NCBI GenBank assembly: GCA_963764715.1
Contig: CAVXTP010000010.1
Span: 222,024-286,023, forward strand
Source: an uncultured Acidobacteriota bacterium
GTDB lineage: Bacteria; Acidobacteriota; Thermoanaerobaculia; UBA5066; Gp7-AA6
Reading direction: 5' to 3'
Length of the DNA stretch: 64,000 bases
Below the pieces are notes generated by a model. It was not told the DNA's origin. It saw only the letters and a program-made list of their open reading frames with translations, and searched no databases. Shown here piece after piece: positions 37,380 through 46,979 of this stretch. Each line of letters starts with the position of its first letter. Position 1 is the stretch's first letter. A program made the position numbers and the translations under genes.

Positions 37380-39101
37380 TCAACCCAGCCGGTACTTCTG
37401 TTCGGCGCGCCAGTAGAGCGGACGCCAGAACGCCCTGTTCAGAGCGACGACGAAGAAGCTCATGACCGCGATTCCCAGGACGATGCGATGGAAATCGGCG
37501 GCGGCCGTCGCGCGGGCGATGTAGGCGCCCAGACCGTGCGCCTCGAGTCGGCGGTTGCCCCAGGTCGCGACTTCCGCGACGATCGCGGCGTTCCAGGAGC
37601 CGCCCGAAGCCGTGATCGCGCCGGTCAGGTAGTACGGGAACACTCCCGGAAGAGCGACTTTCCGCCACCAGAGCCAGCCCCGCAGCCCCAGGTTGGTTCC
37701 GACGTCCCGCAGCTCGGAGGGGAGCGCGGAGGCCCCGGCGATGACGTTGAACAAGATGTACCACTGGGTACCGAGGATCATGAGCGGGCTCAGCCAGACG
37801 TCGGGATTCAGGTTGTAGGCGATGATCGCCCAGACCGCCAGCGGAAACAGGAGGTTCGCCGGGAATGCCGCCAGAAACTGAGCGATCGGCTGAACGAACC
37901 GCGCCACCTTCGGATTCATCCCGACGCGAACCCCGATGGGGACCCAGACGAGGCTCGCCAGGATAATCAACACGAGCACGCGGATGAGCGTCAGCACACC
38001 GAGGCCGAAAGCGGTGGCCACTTCGGACGCGGGGAGTCCTCCCCGGACATAGAGCGCGATTCGCCAGACGGCGATCGCGGCCAGGAGCCCGACGAAGGCG
38101 GTCCAGATCCGATCGCCGAACCGCCCCGGCGTTGGACCGGCCTCGGGAGGCCGGGGACGCATGCGCGCCGATCCCCGATACGTCCGCCGCCAGATGTCCG
38201 CGGCCGAAACGGACAGGCGTTCCACGAGCCGCGATCGCCGCAGGACGGACAGGACCCAGGAGCGTGGCGGCACGACCCCGGCCTCCTGTTCAAAGCGGAA
38301 TCGGTCGGCCCAGGCCACGAGAGGGCGAAACAGGAGCTGGTCGTAAACGAGGATCACGAGGAGCATGGCGCCGATCGCCCAGGCGACGGCGGCCAGGTCG
38401 CGCCGTTCGATGGCGAGGGCGATATAGGAGCCGATCCCCGGCAGCGTCACCGTCGTGTGGCCGACGCTGATGGACTCCGAAGCCACCACGAAGAACCAGC
38501 CGCCGGACATCGACATCATCATGTTCCAGACGAGCGCGGGCATCGCGAAGGGCACTTCGAGTCGCCAGAACCGGGTCCACGCCGAGAGGCGAAAGCACCG
38601 CGTGGCCTCGATGAGCTCCTCCGGGACCGTGCGGAGGGACTGATAGAAGCTGAAGCCCATGTTCCAGGCCTGACTGGTGAAGATTGCGAAGATCGCGGCG
38701 AGCTCGGCCCCGAGCACGCGACCCGGCGCGAGCGAAAGGAAGAACACGACCGTGACCGAGATGAACCCGAGGACCGGAACGGATTGGAGAATGTCGAGAA
38801 GCGGCACCAGCAGGAGCGCGGCGCGCCGGCTCTTGGCTGCCCACGTCGAGTACGTCAGAGTGAAGAGAAGGGAGAGACCCATCGCCGCCAGCATCCGAAG
38901 CGTGGTCCGCGCGGCATACCCGGGCAGGTCTCGCGGGTCGAGCGAGATCGGCGACGCTTCGAGTCTCGCGAGCGGCCGCAGGAGCTCGCGGCTCGTTTCC
39001 CCCAGGAAGACCAGGAAACCGACGACGAGGAGGATCGAAAGCAGATCCCAGATGCTCGGAGCGCCGAGCCGCTTCTGGACGGAGACCGGGACCGAGGTCA
39101 T
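37380..39101 (-). CDS. ABC transporter permease with duplicated TM domain
   Basis: [46 protein letters not shown]; start placed at ATG 39101. Confidence 0.9.
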   Translation of the reverse strand: MTSVPVSVQKRLGAPSIWDLLSILLVVGFLVFLGETSRELLRPLARLEASPISLDPRDLPGYAARTTLRMLAAMGLSLLFTLTYSTWAAKSRRAALLLVPLLDILQSVPVLGFISVTVVFFLSLAPGRVLGAELAAIFAIFTSQAWNMGFSFYQSLRTVPEELIEATRCFRLSAWTRFWRLEVPFAMPALVWNMMMSMSGGWFFVVASESISVGHTTVTLPGIGSYIALAIERRDLAAVAWAIGAMLLVILVYDQLLFRPLVAWADRFRFEQEAGVVPPRSWVLSVLRRSRLVERLSVSAADIWRRTYRGSARMRPRPPEAGPTPGRFGDRIWTAFVGLLAAIAVWRIALYVRGGLPASEVATAFGLGVLTLIRVLVLIILASLVWVPIGVRVGMNPKVARFVQPIAQFLAAFPANLLFPLAVWAIIAYNLNPDVWLSPLMILGTQWYILFNVIAGASALPSELRDVGTNLGLRGWLWWRKVALPGVFPYYLTGAITASGGSWNAAIVAEVATWGNRRLEAHGLGAYIARATAAADFHRIVLGIAVMSFFVVALNRAFWRPLYWRAEQKYRLG

Positions 39102-39261
39102 CGGGAGCTTCCGCGCGGCCGGGCGCCGCGGACGAGATGCATCCGGAGGTTCGCGTCCACCGGCGATGGACCCGGATTCGCGGCCGAACGAGCGAGGTTG
39201 GTAGTATTCAGCATCGGCTTGCGGCGCGTCCTGGATTCCCCGCGCAGTCAATCACAACAGC

Positions 39262-40050
39262 ATGCGATTCAGGCAAAGGTCCCCGCGCCTCGTGCCCCGG
39301 AGCGTCTGTCTCCGAAGCCTCGTCGTCGGCGCCCTCCTGCTGGCGTCCGCCGAAGCGCGCGCGGTCAGCCCGCTGGTCGTGGACGACGCCGACACCGTCA
39401 CCCGCGGCAAGCTCCAGTTGAACGCCGTCTGGCAGCTCAACTCCGCCTCCGGCGAGGACCTCACGCTGATGCCGCTCAATCCCGTCTACGGGGTCTCGGA
39501 TCGGGGCGAGGCGGGCCTGCTCTTCGGATACATCCGGCGGGACATCGACGGCGACGCGGCGGCGAGCGGCAGCGGAGCGAGCGACGTCGTCCTCTCGACC
39601 AAGTGGAAGCTCTGGGAAGCGAGCCAGAACCTCACGCTGAGCGGCCGCCTGGACGTGAAGCTGCCGGCAGCCTCGGCGACGCGCGGCCTCGGTTCCGGCC
39701 ACGCCGACGTGGGGGGAGTCGTTCTCCTGACCGGCTGCTGGGAACACACGTGCATCGACTGGAACGTCGGCTACGTCGCGGAAAACGTGTCGCACAGCGA
39801 TTTCGCCGACGACACCTGGTTCCTGGGGCAGGCCGTCCGATACGACTTCGACGGACCCTTCACCCTGCTCGCCGAGATCTACGGCGGCCTTCCCAACGGT
39901 GGGGAGGCGTCCCGCGCCCGCGCCCAATACCGGGTCGGTGCGCAGTTCACGGCGGGCACCTGGCTTCTCGTTTCGGGGCTCGTCGGGTCGGGCTTCGGCT
40001 CCGGGCCCGCGGGTGTCACGGGAACCGTGGGTTTCTCCTGGCTCTTTTGA
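39262..40050 (+). CDS. Putative outer-membrane beta-barrel transporter
   Basis: Signal peptide, PLVVDDADT, VKLP....RGLGSG..D, amphipathic strands and C-terminal Phe. Confidence 0.65.
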   Translation: MRFRQRSPRLVPRSVCLRSLVVGALLLASAEARAVSPLVVDDADTVTRGKLQLNAVWQLNSASGEDLTLMPLNPVYGVSDRGEAGLLFGYIRRDIDGDAAASGSGASDVVLSTKWKLWEASQNLTLSGRLDVKLPAASATRGLGSGHADVGGVVLLTGCWEHTCIDWNVGYVAENVSHSDFADDTWFLGQAVRYDFDGPFTLLAEIYGGLPNGGEASRARAQYRVGAQFTAGTWLLVSGLVGSGFGSGPAGVTGTVGFSWLF

Positions 40051-40095
40051 GAGGCTGCCGGCCGGCCCGGCGGCGTTCGCTTTACGGACTCCGGA

Positions 40096-43000
40096 CTACG
40101 GGTAGTAGCCCGAGATCGTGCGCGCCGAGAGGTTCGTCGGTTCGACCTTGATCTCGACCTTCCGCCAGCGGTCGCGGTTCTCGCTGTTGGTCGAGTAATA
40201 GGTCAGCAGGTACTGCGCTCGCAGGTCCTCGTTGATCTGCTGGTAGACGCTCTCGAGACCCTTCGCGCTGTCGATGTAGAAGGTCTGGCCCCCCGTCGTC
40301 TGCGAGATCTTGTTGAGCTTGTACTTGACCTCGAGATCCGTGCCCGCGATCCGGAGGCCGATGGCGTAGATCGCGATCCCGGACTTGCGGACGTACTCGA
40401 GCAGCGTGTCGTAGTCGAACTTCGAGGCCGTGTCCTTGCCGTCCGTGAGGATGACGAGCGCCTTCTTTCCCTTGACCGAGGTGAACTGGTAGAGGCCGTA
40501 GACGACCGCGTCGTAGAGGGCCGTCGAGCCCTCCGCCCGCAGGCCCGAGAGCGACCGCACCAGCTTGTCCTTGCGGTTGGTCAGCTTCGAGAGGAGGTAC
40601 GGCTCGTTGTCGAAGGACACGATGAAGGCGCGGTCCTTCTGGGCGATCGAGTAGTCGAGGAACTTGACCGCCGCCTGCTCGGCGTCCTGCAGCGACTCGA
40701 GCATCGAGGCCGAGGTGTCGATCAGCAGCCCGACGTTGATCGGCAGGTTCTTGACGTACTCGAAGCCTTGGATCTGCTGCATCGCGCCGTCCTCGAAGAC
40801 CTTGAAGTTGGAGGCCTGGAGGTAGTTGATCGGCTTGCCCTTCTCGGTGACCGACGTGTAGAGCTCGACCGCGTCGACCGTGACCTCCGAAACGAAGTCG
40901 GGCGCATTGACGTAGCGCAGGTCCTCCGCCACGGTGCCGTCGTCGAGCGTGCCGACGACGCGCACGTAGCTCAGCGACTTCGAGTCCTTGATCGAGACCG
41001 TCTGCTCGTAGGGCGCCTGGTAGAGCGTCGCGACCCGGGCTTCGTTGGAGTAGAACTCCATCTTCTGGAGCGCCTTGCCCTCGGGGACGGCGACCGCCGC
41101 CAGGACCTTCGTCGGCCCCGAGACCCGCGAGCCCTTGTCCGGGGTCAGGATGCGCACCTTGAAGACCTCGCGGCCTTCGTTGACGATGTACTCGTCCTCG
41201 CCGACCGAGCGGCCGGTGGGCCCGAAGGCGACGACCCGGACCGTCTGCTTGCGGGGCAGCGGCCCCATGTTGAGGTCGGCGTCGTACGGCGGCTTGGTGC
41301 GCGTCATGACCTTGGCGCCGTTCAAGTAGAAGTCGACCGTCTTGACGTTTTCGGCCGTCTTCGTCTCGAAGCGCTGAAGGCCGGTCACGATCTCCTTGGC
41401 GACCGGGAGAAGCGAGATCGCCGAGGGCAGGAGGCCCACGTCCTTGATCTGGCTCACGACCGCCTTGCCGTCGGCGCGCGCCGACGCGATCTGGGGCGGG
41501 GGAGCGTCCGGCTGCTCCGGCACGATCAGGGCCTCGCTGATGCGCCCCTCGGCGTTGGCGTTGCCGTCCGAGATCTTGAGCACGAGCTTGTAGTCGCCGG
41601 GGTAGAGGTAGCGGCGGACCGTCAGCGGGATCTTCTCCCCGGCGATCTCGCCGGTCGGGATGTCGAACCGGTACTTGAAGTTGTCGATCAGACGGTCGTC
41701 CTTGACGACTTCCCCGATGACGTCGACGTTGTAGAAGGTCTCCTCCCCGAGAGCGCGCGCCTTGAGCTCCGACTTCGGAACGAGGAGGGAGAGGTCCATG
41801 CCGATCTTGTTCGCGCGCAGCTCCGGGAAGCGCACGAGCTTGGCGACCCCGATCGAGGCGGACCCGGCGTGCAGGTCCGTCGTCATCGTCAGGATCTGCT
41901 CGACGCCCTCCGTCTCGACCTTCGGCGGCGTCAAGAGCTTGCTCGCGCCCTCCATCGAGAACGCTCCCGAGCCGAGGGCGGCCGTCGAGTACTGGACCGC
42001 CTGCTCGACCGTGCGCCACTCGTAGCAGCGCGAGATGTCGGGGATCCGGGCGCCCATGGCCATTCCGGCGGAGGAGTTGACCCCGGCGAGCAGCACGCCG
42101 CGGCCGTCGATCGGCAGCCACATCTTGTACGGCCCCATCCCGTAGGGCTGATAGAAGATCAGGTAGAGCTTGCTCTTCAAGACCTCCATCCGCTCCCAGT
42201 ACCAGATCTGGAGCGGGTTGTAGATGTCCTGGCAGTCGATCGGGATGACGGCTTCCGGGGGGCCCTGGAGGACGAAGACCTTCGCCCGGTCGTTGTGCAG
42301 GTCGCCGAACTGCTCGATCGCCTGCTGGACCCGGCGCATGTACACGGCGCGGTAGTCGGTCCGCAGCCCGATCGAGTCGAGGGTCCGGCGCTTCCAGAAG
42401 TTGTCGATGAACTTGTCGCGCTGGTAGTCCTCCTTGATCTGGAGGAAGACCTCCTTTTCGGGCTCCGTGATGATGAGCTCGGCCAGCGTCAGGAAGTCGC
42501 GATACTTCGGCGGGAGGGCGTCGGTCAGCGCCTTCATCTCCCTCTTGGAGAGCTTCTGGACGGTGGGCGCGGGGGCCGAGGCGCTTCCGACCTGGGGGAT
42601 CGAGGAGACCGTCGCGTTCGGCGAGGTCGGCACGGCGGCGTCGCCCGCCGGCGAGTCGACGGTCAGCGTGGCGGCTCCGGCGGCCGGCACGGTCGCGAAG
42701 CGCGCCGCCAGCTTCTGGAGGCCCTCCGTGTCGACCGCCGGCGGCTGCGACATCGCGAGGGAGATGTCGGCGACGCCGCGCGCCTTGATGCGCTCGATCG
42801 TCATCACGATGCTGCAGGCCGCGTCGCACGTCGCGCCGACGGAGTTGCCAGAGCACGCCGTGCCCACCCCGTTGCCGATGCCGGCCCCGGGACCGGCGGG
42901 CGCGGTGGGCGTGCCCGCCCGGCGGCAGGCCTGCGTGGCGTTCGTCAGGCACGCGGAGGGAGCGATGAGCTCGCGCTCGGGGATCGCGGGGTACCAGAGC

Positions 43001-43530
43001 CGGCGCGGTCCGCCGAACGACGGGCGATAGAACAGGAACTGCAGCTCCTTGTTCAGCCCCGTCCCGCCGGTCTGGTTGCCGTACGTCCAGACCTCGACCG
43101 AGCGGAAGACCTCGTTGCAGTCCCGGAACTCCTGGATCTGCGGGATGCCGTGGAGCACGACGACGCGCCCCGGGTCGCTCGTGAGGCCCTCGAATTCCGT
43201 CGCCGCCGCCTGGCGGAAGCTCTCGTACCGGTTGCGATAACCCGGGCCGAGCGGGTCGGGGAGCCCGGGCTGCTCGCGCCGCTGCCAGAACTCCTCCTTG
43301 AAGACGACGAACTGGTGGGGCTCGGTCAGCTGGAGGAAGAGGTTCTTTTCGTCGTCGAGGATGATCGGCGCGACGTAATCCTCGAGCCAGGTGCGCTCGT
43401 CGGCCGGGAGCGACTGAATCTTGGCGGCGCGCTCTTTCGCCGAGAGCTGGGGGATGCCTCGCGCCGCCGCGATCTCGCCAGTCGCGATGAGCGCGGCGAC
43501 GACGAAGAGCGAGAGAGTCCGCGCCTTCAT
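40096..43530 (-). CDS. Secreted tandem-GWxTD, Ig-like and VWA multidomain protein
   Basis: Signal peptide; two repeats of II...E...FL...FW.RR...D.(G/A).V..L.G.P; beta-sandwich modules; VWA with MIDAS residues (DTSAS, GSTALYDA, LTDGKD). Confidence 0.82.
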   Translation of the reverse strand: MKARTLSLFVVAALIATGEIAAARGIPQLSAKERAAKIQSLPADERTWLEDYVAPIILDDEKNLFLQLTEPHQFVVFKEEFWQRREQPGLPDPLGPGYRNRYESFRQAAATEFEGLTSDPGRVVVLHGIPQIQEFRDCNEVFRSVEVWTYGNQTGGTGLNKELQFLFYRPSFGGPRRLWYPAIPERELIAPSACLTNATQACRRAGTPTAPAGPGAGIGNGVGTACSGNSVGATCDAACSIVMTIERIKARGVADISLAMSQPPAVDTEGLQKLAARFATVPAAGAATLTVDSPAGDAAVPTSPNATVSSIPQVGSASAPAPTVQKLSKREMKALTDALPPKYRDFLTLAELIITEPEKEVFLQIKEDYQRDKFIDNFWKRRTLDSIGLRTDYRAVYMRRVQQAIEQFGDLHNDRAKVFVLQGPPEAVIPIDCQDIYNPLQIWYWERMEVLKSKLYLIFYQPYGMGPYKMWLPIDGRGVLLAGVNSSAGMAMGARIPDISRCYEWRTVEQAVQYSTAALGSGAFSMEGASKLLTPPKVETEGVEQILTMTTDLHAGSASIGVAKLVRFPELRANKIGMDLSLLVPKSELKARALGEETFYNVDVIGEVVKDDRLIDNFKYRFDIPTGEIAGEKIPLTVRRYLYPGDYKLVLKISDGNANAEGRISEALIVPEQPDAPPPQIASARADGKAVVSQIKDVGLLPSAISLLPVAKEIVTGLQRFETKTAENVKTVDFYLNGAKVMTRTKPPYDADLNMGPLPRKQTVRVVAFGPTGRSVGEDEYIVNEGREVFKVRILTPDKGSRVSGPTKVLAAVAVPEGKALQKMEFYSNEARVATLYQAPYEQTVSIKDSKSLSYVRVVGTLDDGTVAEDLRYVNAPDFVSEVTVDAVELYTSVTEKGKPINYLQASNFKVFEDGAMQQIQGFEYVKNLPINVGLLIDTSASMLESLQDAEQAAVKFLDYSIAQKDRAFIVSFDNEPYLLSKLTNRKDKLVRSLSGLRAEGSTALYDAVVYGLYQFTSVKGKKALVILTDGKDTASKFDYDTLLEYVRKSGIAIYAIGLRIAGTDLEVKYKLNKISQTTGGQTFYIDSAKGLESVYQQINEDLRAQYLLTYYSTNSENRDRWRKVEIKVEPTNLSARTISGYYP

Positions 43531-43639
43531 CGGATGTCGATCTTAACTCCCGATGGCGGTACGGGTATTCCTCGAGAAAAGTTTTTCGAACCAAGGGTTT
43601 CCGGAGGGATAATTTGAAGCGATCCGGGAAACTGAAGAC

Positions 43640-44812
43640 GTGATCTACCTCGACCACAACGCCTCCACGCCTCTCGATCCGGAGGTCTGGGCGGTCATGG
43701 AAAAGGTGGCGTCCGTCCACGGAAATCCGTCTTCCGTCCACGCCGAGGGACAGAGAGCGCGGCGAATCGTCGAGGAAGCCCGGGAGGACGTCGCGCGGCT
43801 GGTCTCGGCGGAGCCCCGCGAGATCGTCCTGACCTCGGGCGGAACGGAGTCGAACGCCCTGGCGATCCTGGGCGGCGCGGTCGGCCGGCGGGGCCGCGTC
43901 GTCATCACCGGCGCGGAGCACCCCTCGGTGCGCGAGGCGGCGGGACGGCTGGCGGCGACGGGCCCGTTCGAGGTCGTGACGGTCGATCCCGAGCCGTCGG
44001 GGGCCCTCGACCCCGAGCGGCTGCTCGCGGCCGTCGGGCCCGGCACGGTCCTCGTTTCGGTGATGGCGGCCAACAACGAATACGGCGGCGTGTACCCGAT
44101 CGCCCTTCTCGCCGGGGAAGTCCGCCGGCGGGGCGCCCTCTTTCACGTCGACGCGGTCCAGGCCGCGGGCCGGATCCCGGTCGACGTCGGGGCCTGCGGC
44201 GTCGACCTGCTCTCGGTCTCGGCCCACAAGATGCACGGGCCCAAGGGCGCCGGCGCCCTCTACGTGCGGCGCGGCGCGACTCTCGCGGCGCACACGCCGG
44301 GCGGCGGGCAGGAAAAGCGGCTGCGGGCCGGGACGGAGAACACCCTCGCAATCGCAGGCTTCGGGGCGGCGGCCCGCCTGGCGCGGGAACGGATGCCGGC
44401 GGACGCGGGGCCGGTCGCGGCGCTTCGGGACCGCTTTGAGCGAGGCGTCCTCGGCGCCGTCCCGCGTTCCCGGGTCGTCGGCGCCGGCGCGCCGCGCCTG
44501 CCCAACACGTCGGCCCTCCTCTTCGAGGGGGCGTCCGGTGAGGCGCTCCTGATCCGCCTCGATCTCGAGGGCGTCGCCGTGTCCGTCGGGAGCGCGTGCT
44601 CCAGCGGGACGCTCGCGCCGTCGCCCGCGCTCCTGTCGCTCGGGCTCTCGACGGACGAGGCGCGGAGCGTCGTGCGGTTCTCGCTCGGCCGGACGACGAC
44701 GGAGGCCGAGATCGCCCGCGTCCTCGAGCTTCTGCCCGCGGCCGTCGCGGATGCCCGCGGGCCCGGCGTTCCGGAACCGGCCGCCGCCGGCGTGCGGGGA
44801 GGAGCCGAATGA
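43640..44812 (+). CDS. Cysteine desulfurase (IscS/NifS type)
   Basis: IYLDHNAST, GNPSSVH, TSGGTESN, SAHKMHGPKG, GSACSSG. Confidence 0.95.
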   Translation: MIYLDHNASTPLDPEVWAVMEKVASVHGNPSSVHAEGQRARRIVEEAREDVARLVSAEPREIVLTSGGTESNALAILGGAVGRRGRVVITGAEHPSVREAAGRLAATGPFEVVTVDPEPSGALDPERLLAAVGPGTVLVSVMAANNEYGGVYPIALLAGEVRRRGALFHVDAVQAAGRIPVDVGACGVDLLSVSAHKMHGPKGAGALYVRRGATLAAHTPGGGQEKRLRAGTENTLAIAGFGAAARLARERMPADAGPVAALRDRFERGVLGAVPRSRVVGAGAPRLPNTSALLFEGASGEALLIRLDLEGVAVSVGSACSSGTLAPSPALLSLGLSTDEARSVVRFSLGRTTTEAEIARVLELLPAAVADARGPGVPEPAAAGVRGGAE

Positions 44813-45375
44813 TCGTCGAGTGCGAACGGTGCCACGCGAAGTACCAGTACGACGAGGAGCGCTTCGGCGGCAAGGCGTCGAAGAAGCTCCGGTGCTCGAA
44901 GTGCCAGGCGATCTTCGAGGTGATCAACACGCGGGCCTACGAGGCCGGGCCGCCGGTTCGCCCGCCGGTCTTCACGGGCGACACGCACCTGCGGCGCCAC
45001 CGGGACTCCGGATCGACGGCGCTCGACGAGCCGTCCGAGGCGCCGCCGCGTCCGCGGGGCGCGCCCCGGCTCCCGGACGACCGCCGGCTCTCGCTCGCCG
45101 TGATCGCGGGGCCCGACGCCGGGAAGATGCACGTCATCGAGAAGCCCCGTGTGGTGATCGGCCGGGAAGACGTGGACTTCGCGCTCGACGACCCGGAGAT
45201 CTCCCGCCGGCACGCGGCGATCGAGGTCAGCGGGGACGAAGTCACGCTCCTCGACCTGGACTCGTCCAACGGCACGCTCGTGGACGAGACGGCGATCAAG
45301 GAGTCCCGGCTCGAGAACCAGGGCGAGTTCACGATCGGCGGCTCGACGATCATGCTGATCGTGACCCCGGCCTGA
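44809..45375 (+). CDS. Zinc-ribbon (MJ0042-type) plus FHA-domain protein
   Basis: CERCHAKY...RCSKCQAIF; FHA motifs IGR, SRRHA, DLDSSNGT; ATG overlaps the desulfurase TGA. Confidence 0.9.
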   Translation: MIVECERCHAKYQYDEERFGGKASKKLRCSKCQAIFEVINTRAYEAGPPVRPPVFTGDTHLRRHRDSGSTALDEPSEAPPRPRGAPRLPDDRRLSLAVIAGPDAGKMHVIEKPRVVIGREDVDFALDDPEISRRHAAIEVSGDEVTLLDLDSSNGTLVDETAIKESRLENQGEFTIGGSTIMLIVTPA

Positions 45376-45406
45376 CGCTGCGTTCCGGAGCTGATACCGT
45401 TTGCCC

Positions 45407-46504
45407 ATGCGCATCGCCGTGGCCATGTCCGGCGGAGTCGACTCCACCGTCGCCGCGCTCCTCCTGAAGGAGGAGGGGCACGAGGTCGTCGGCCTGTCGA
45501 TGCAGCTCTGGGACCACTCGGGCGAGGCCGGCCGCTCCGGACGCTGCTGCACGCTCGACGACCTGGCGGACGCGCGGCGCGCCGCCTGGGCACTCTCGAT
45601 CCGGCATTACGTCTTGAACCTCGAGGAGGAGTTCCGGCGGGACGTCGTCCGGCCGTTCGTGGCGTCGTACCTCGCGGGCGAGACGCCGATTCCGTGCGCG
45701 TCGTGCAACACGAAGGTCAAGTTCGCGACGCTCTGGGAGCGCGCGCGCGCCATGGGATGCGAGGCCGTCGCGACCGGGCATTACGCCCGGACGGGAAGGG
45801 ACCCGGCGACCGGCCGCGCCGTCCTCAGGAAGGGAGCGGACCCGGACAAAGACCAGTCGTACTTTCTCTACGACCTGTCGGAGGACCAGCTCGCGGCGGC
45901 TCGGTTCCCGGTGGGAAGCCTGACGAAGAGCGAGGTGCGCGCGCGCGCCCGGCGCGCCAACCTTCCGACGGCCGACAAGGACGAGAGCCAGGAGATCTGC
46001 TTCGTGCCGCCGGGGACCCGCGCCGGCGAGTTCGTCGCCGGTCAGGCGCCCGCGCTGGGCTTCGCGCTGCCCGCGGGGGGCGGGGCGATCGAGGACGCGG
46101 CGGGGGCGCGCCTGGGGACCCACGCGGGCCACTTCCGCTACACGATCGGCCAGCGGCGCGGCATCGGCGTCGCCGCCTCCGAGCGCCTCTACGTCCTGTC
46201 GGTCGACGCGGCGTCGAACCGCGTCGTCGTCGGGCCGGGCGAGGCCCTCGAGAGCCGCCGGGCGAGCGTCGGTGCGCTGCGGCTCTCGCCCGCGGCGTCC
46301 CCCGGGCCCTTCCGCGCCGGCGTCCGGATCCGCCACCGCGCCGCGGAGGCGCCGGCAACGGTGACGCCCGGCCCGGACGGCGGGGCGGAGATCGTCTTCG
46401 ACGAGCCGGTCCGCGCGGTCACCCCCGGGCAGTCGTGCGTCTTCTACGCGGGGGACCTCGTGCTGGGCGGGGGAGTGATCCAGGAGAGCCGCGAGGCCGG
46501 CTAG
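45407..46504 (+). CDS. mnmA: tRNA 2-thiouridylase
   Basis: AMSGGVDS, TPIPCASCN, ATGHYAR, KDQSYFL, ESQEICF, TIGQRRG, PGQ. Confidence 0.97.
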   Translation: MRIAVAMSGGVDSTVAALLLKEEGHEVVGLSMQLWDHSGEAGRSGRCCTLDDLADARRAAWALSIRHYVLNLEEEFRRDVVRPFVASYLAGETPIPCASCNTKVKFATLWERARAMGCEAVATGHYARTGRDPATGRAVLRKGADPDKDQSYFLYDLSEDQLAAARFPVGSLTKSEVRARARRANLPTADKDESQEICFVPPGTRAGEFVAGQAPALGFALPAGGGAIEDAAGARLGTHAGHFRYTIGQRRGIGVAASERLYVLSVDAASNRVVVGPGEALESRRASVGALRLSPAASPGPFRAGVRIRHRAAEAPATVTPGPDGGAEIVFDEPVRAVTPGQSCVFYAGDLVLGGGVIQESREAG

Positions 46505-46629
46505 TGTTCGGTAACGGCGACTTCGATAGCGCCACCCGGCTCGATGCAGGCGCCGTGGCCCTTTGCCTCCGAGCCTGGCACCATTGGGGCACGGAGGTTG
46601 ATATCGAACCCTCTGTTACAGGACGCTAG
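46501..46629. mobile_element. MITE-like element with 28-bp imperfect terminal inverted repeats bounded by CTAG
   Basis: Left end CTAGTGTTCGGTAACGGCGACTTCGATA versus reverse complement of right end CTAGCGTCCTGTAACAGAGGGTTCGATA (21/28); two internal hairpins; no ORF. Confidence 0.5.
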
Positions 46630-46928
46630 TTCGTCTTCGTGTCCACCGCTTCCGGCGTCGCGACCGGGAAGTCCGACCGGATCTCGCCGTACGAGCGCTC
46701 GTAGAGCTCGATGTTCTCCCGCAGCGCGCGCAGGAGCTGCTTGGCGTGGAAGGGCGTGGTCAGGATCCGGCTGACGATCTTGACGTCCGGACGGCCCGGA
46801 ACGGCGCGGCCGAAATCGAGCACGAACTCGGTCGGGTTGTGCAGGATGTTCGCGAAGTTCACGTAGTGGCCCTGGGCGGTCGGTTCGTCGATCGTCACCT
46901 TCACCGCGACGGGCTTCGACTCGGTCAT
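46626..46928 (-). CDS. DUF3467-family protein
   Basis: GHYVNFANILH..TEFVLDF, SRILTTPFHAK.L..AL.ENI..YE..YG.I; GGAG ribosome-binding site. Confidence 0.88.
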   Translation of the reverse strand: MTESKPVAVKVTIDEPTAQGHYVNFANILHNPTEFVLDFGRAVPGRPDVKIVSRILTTPFHAKQLLRALRENIELYERSYGEIRSDFPVATPEAVDTKTN

Positions 46929-46979
46929 GGAGTCCTCCGCTCCGCAGTCTACCTCCGGGCATCGGTTAGACTGACGGTC

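Noticed and set aside
39166-39204. MgtL-like leader peptide MDPDSRPNERGW on the plus strand
   Set aside because: Only two prolines and no convincing SD or attenuator; the resemblance is limited to the first four residues.
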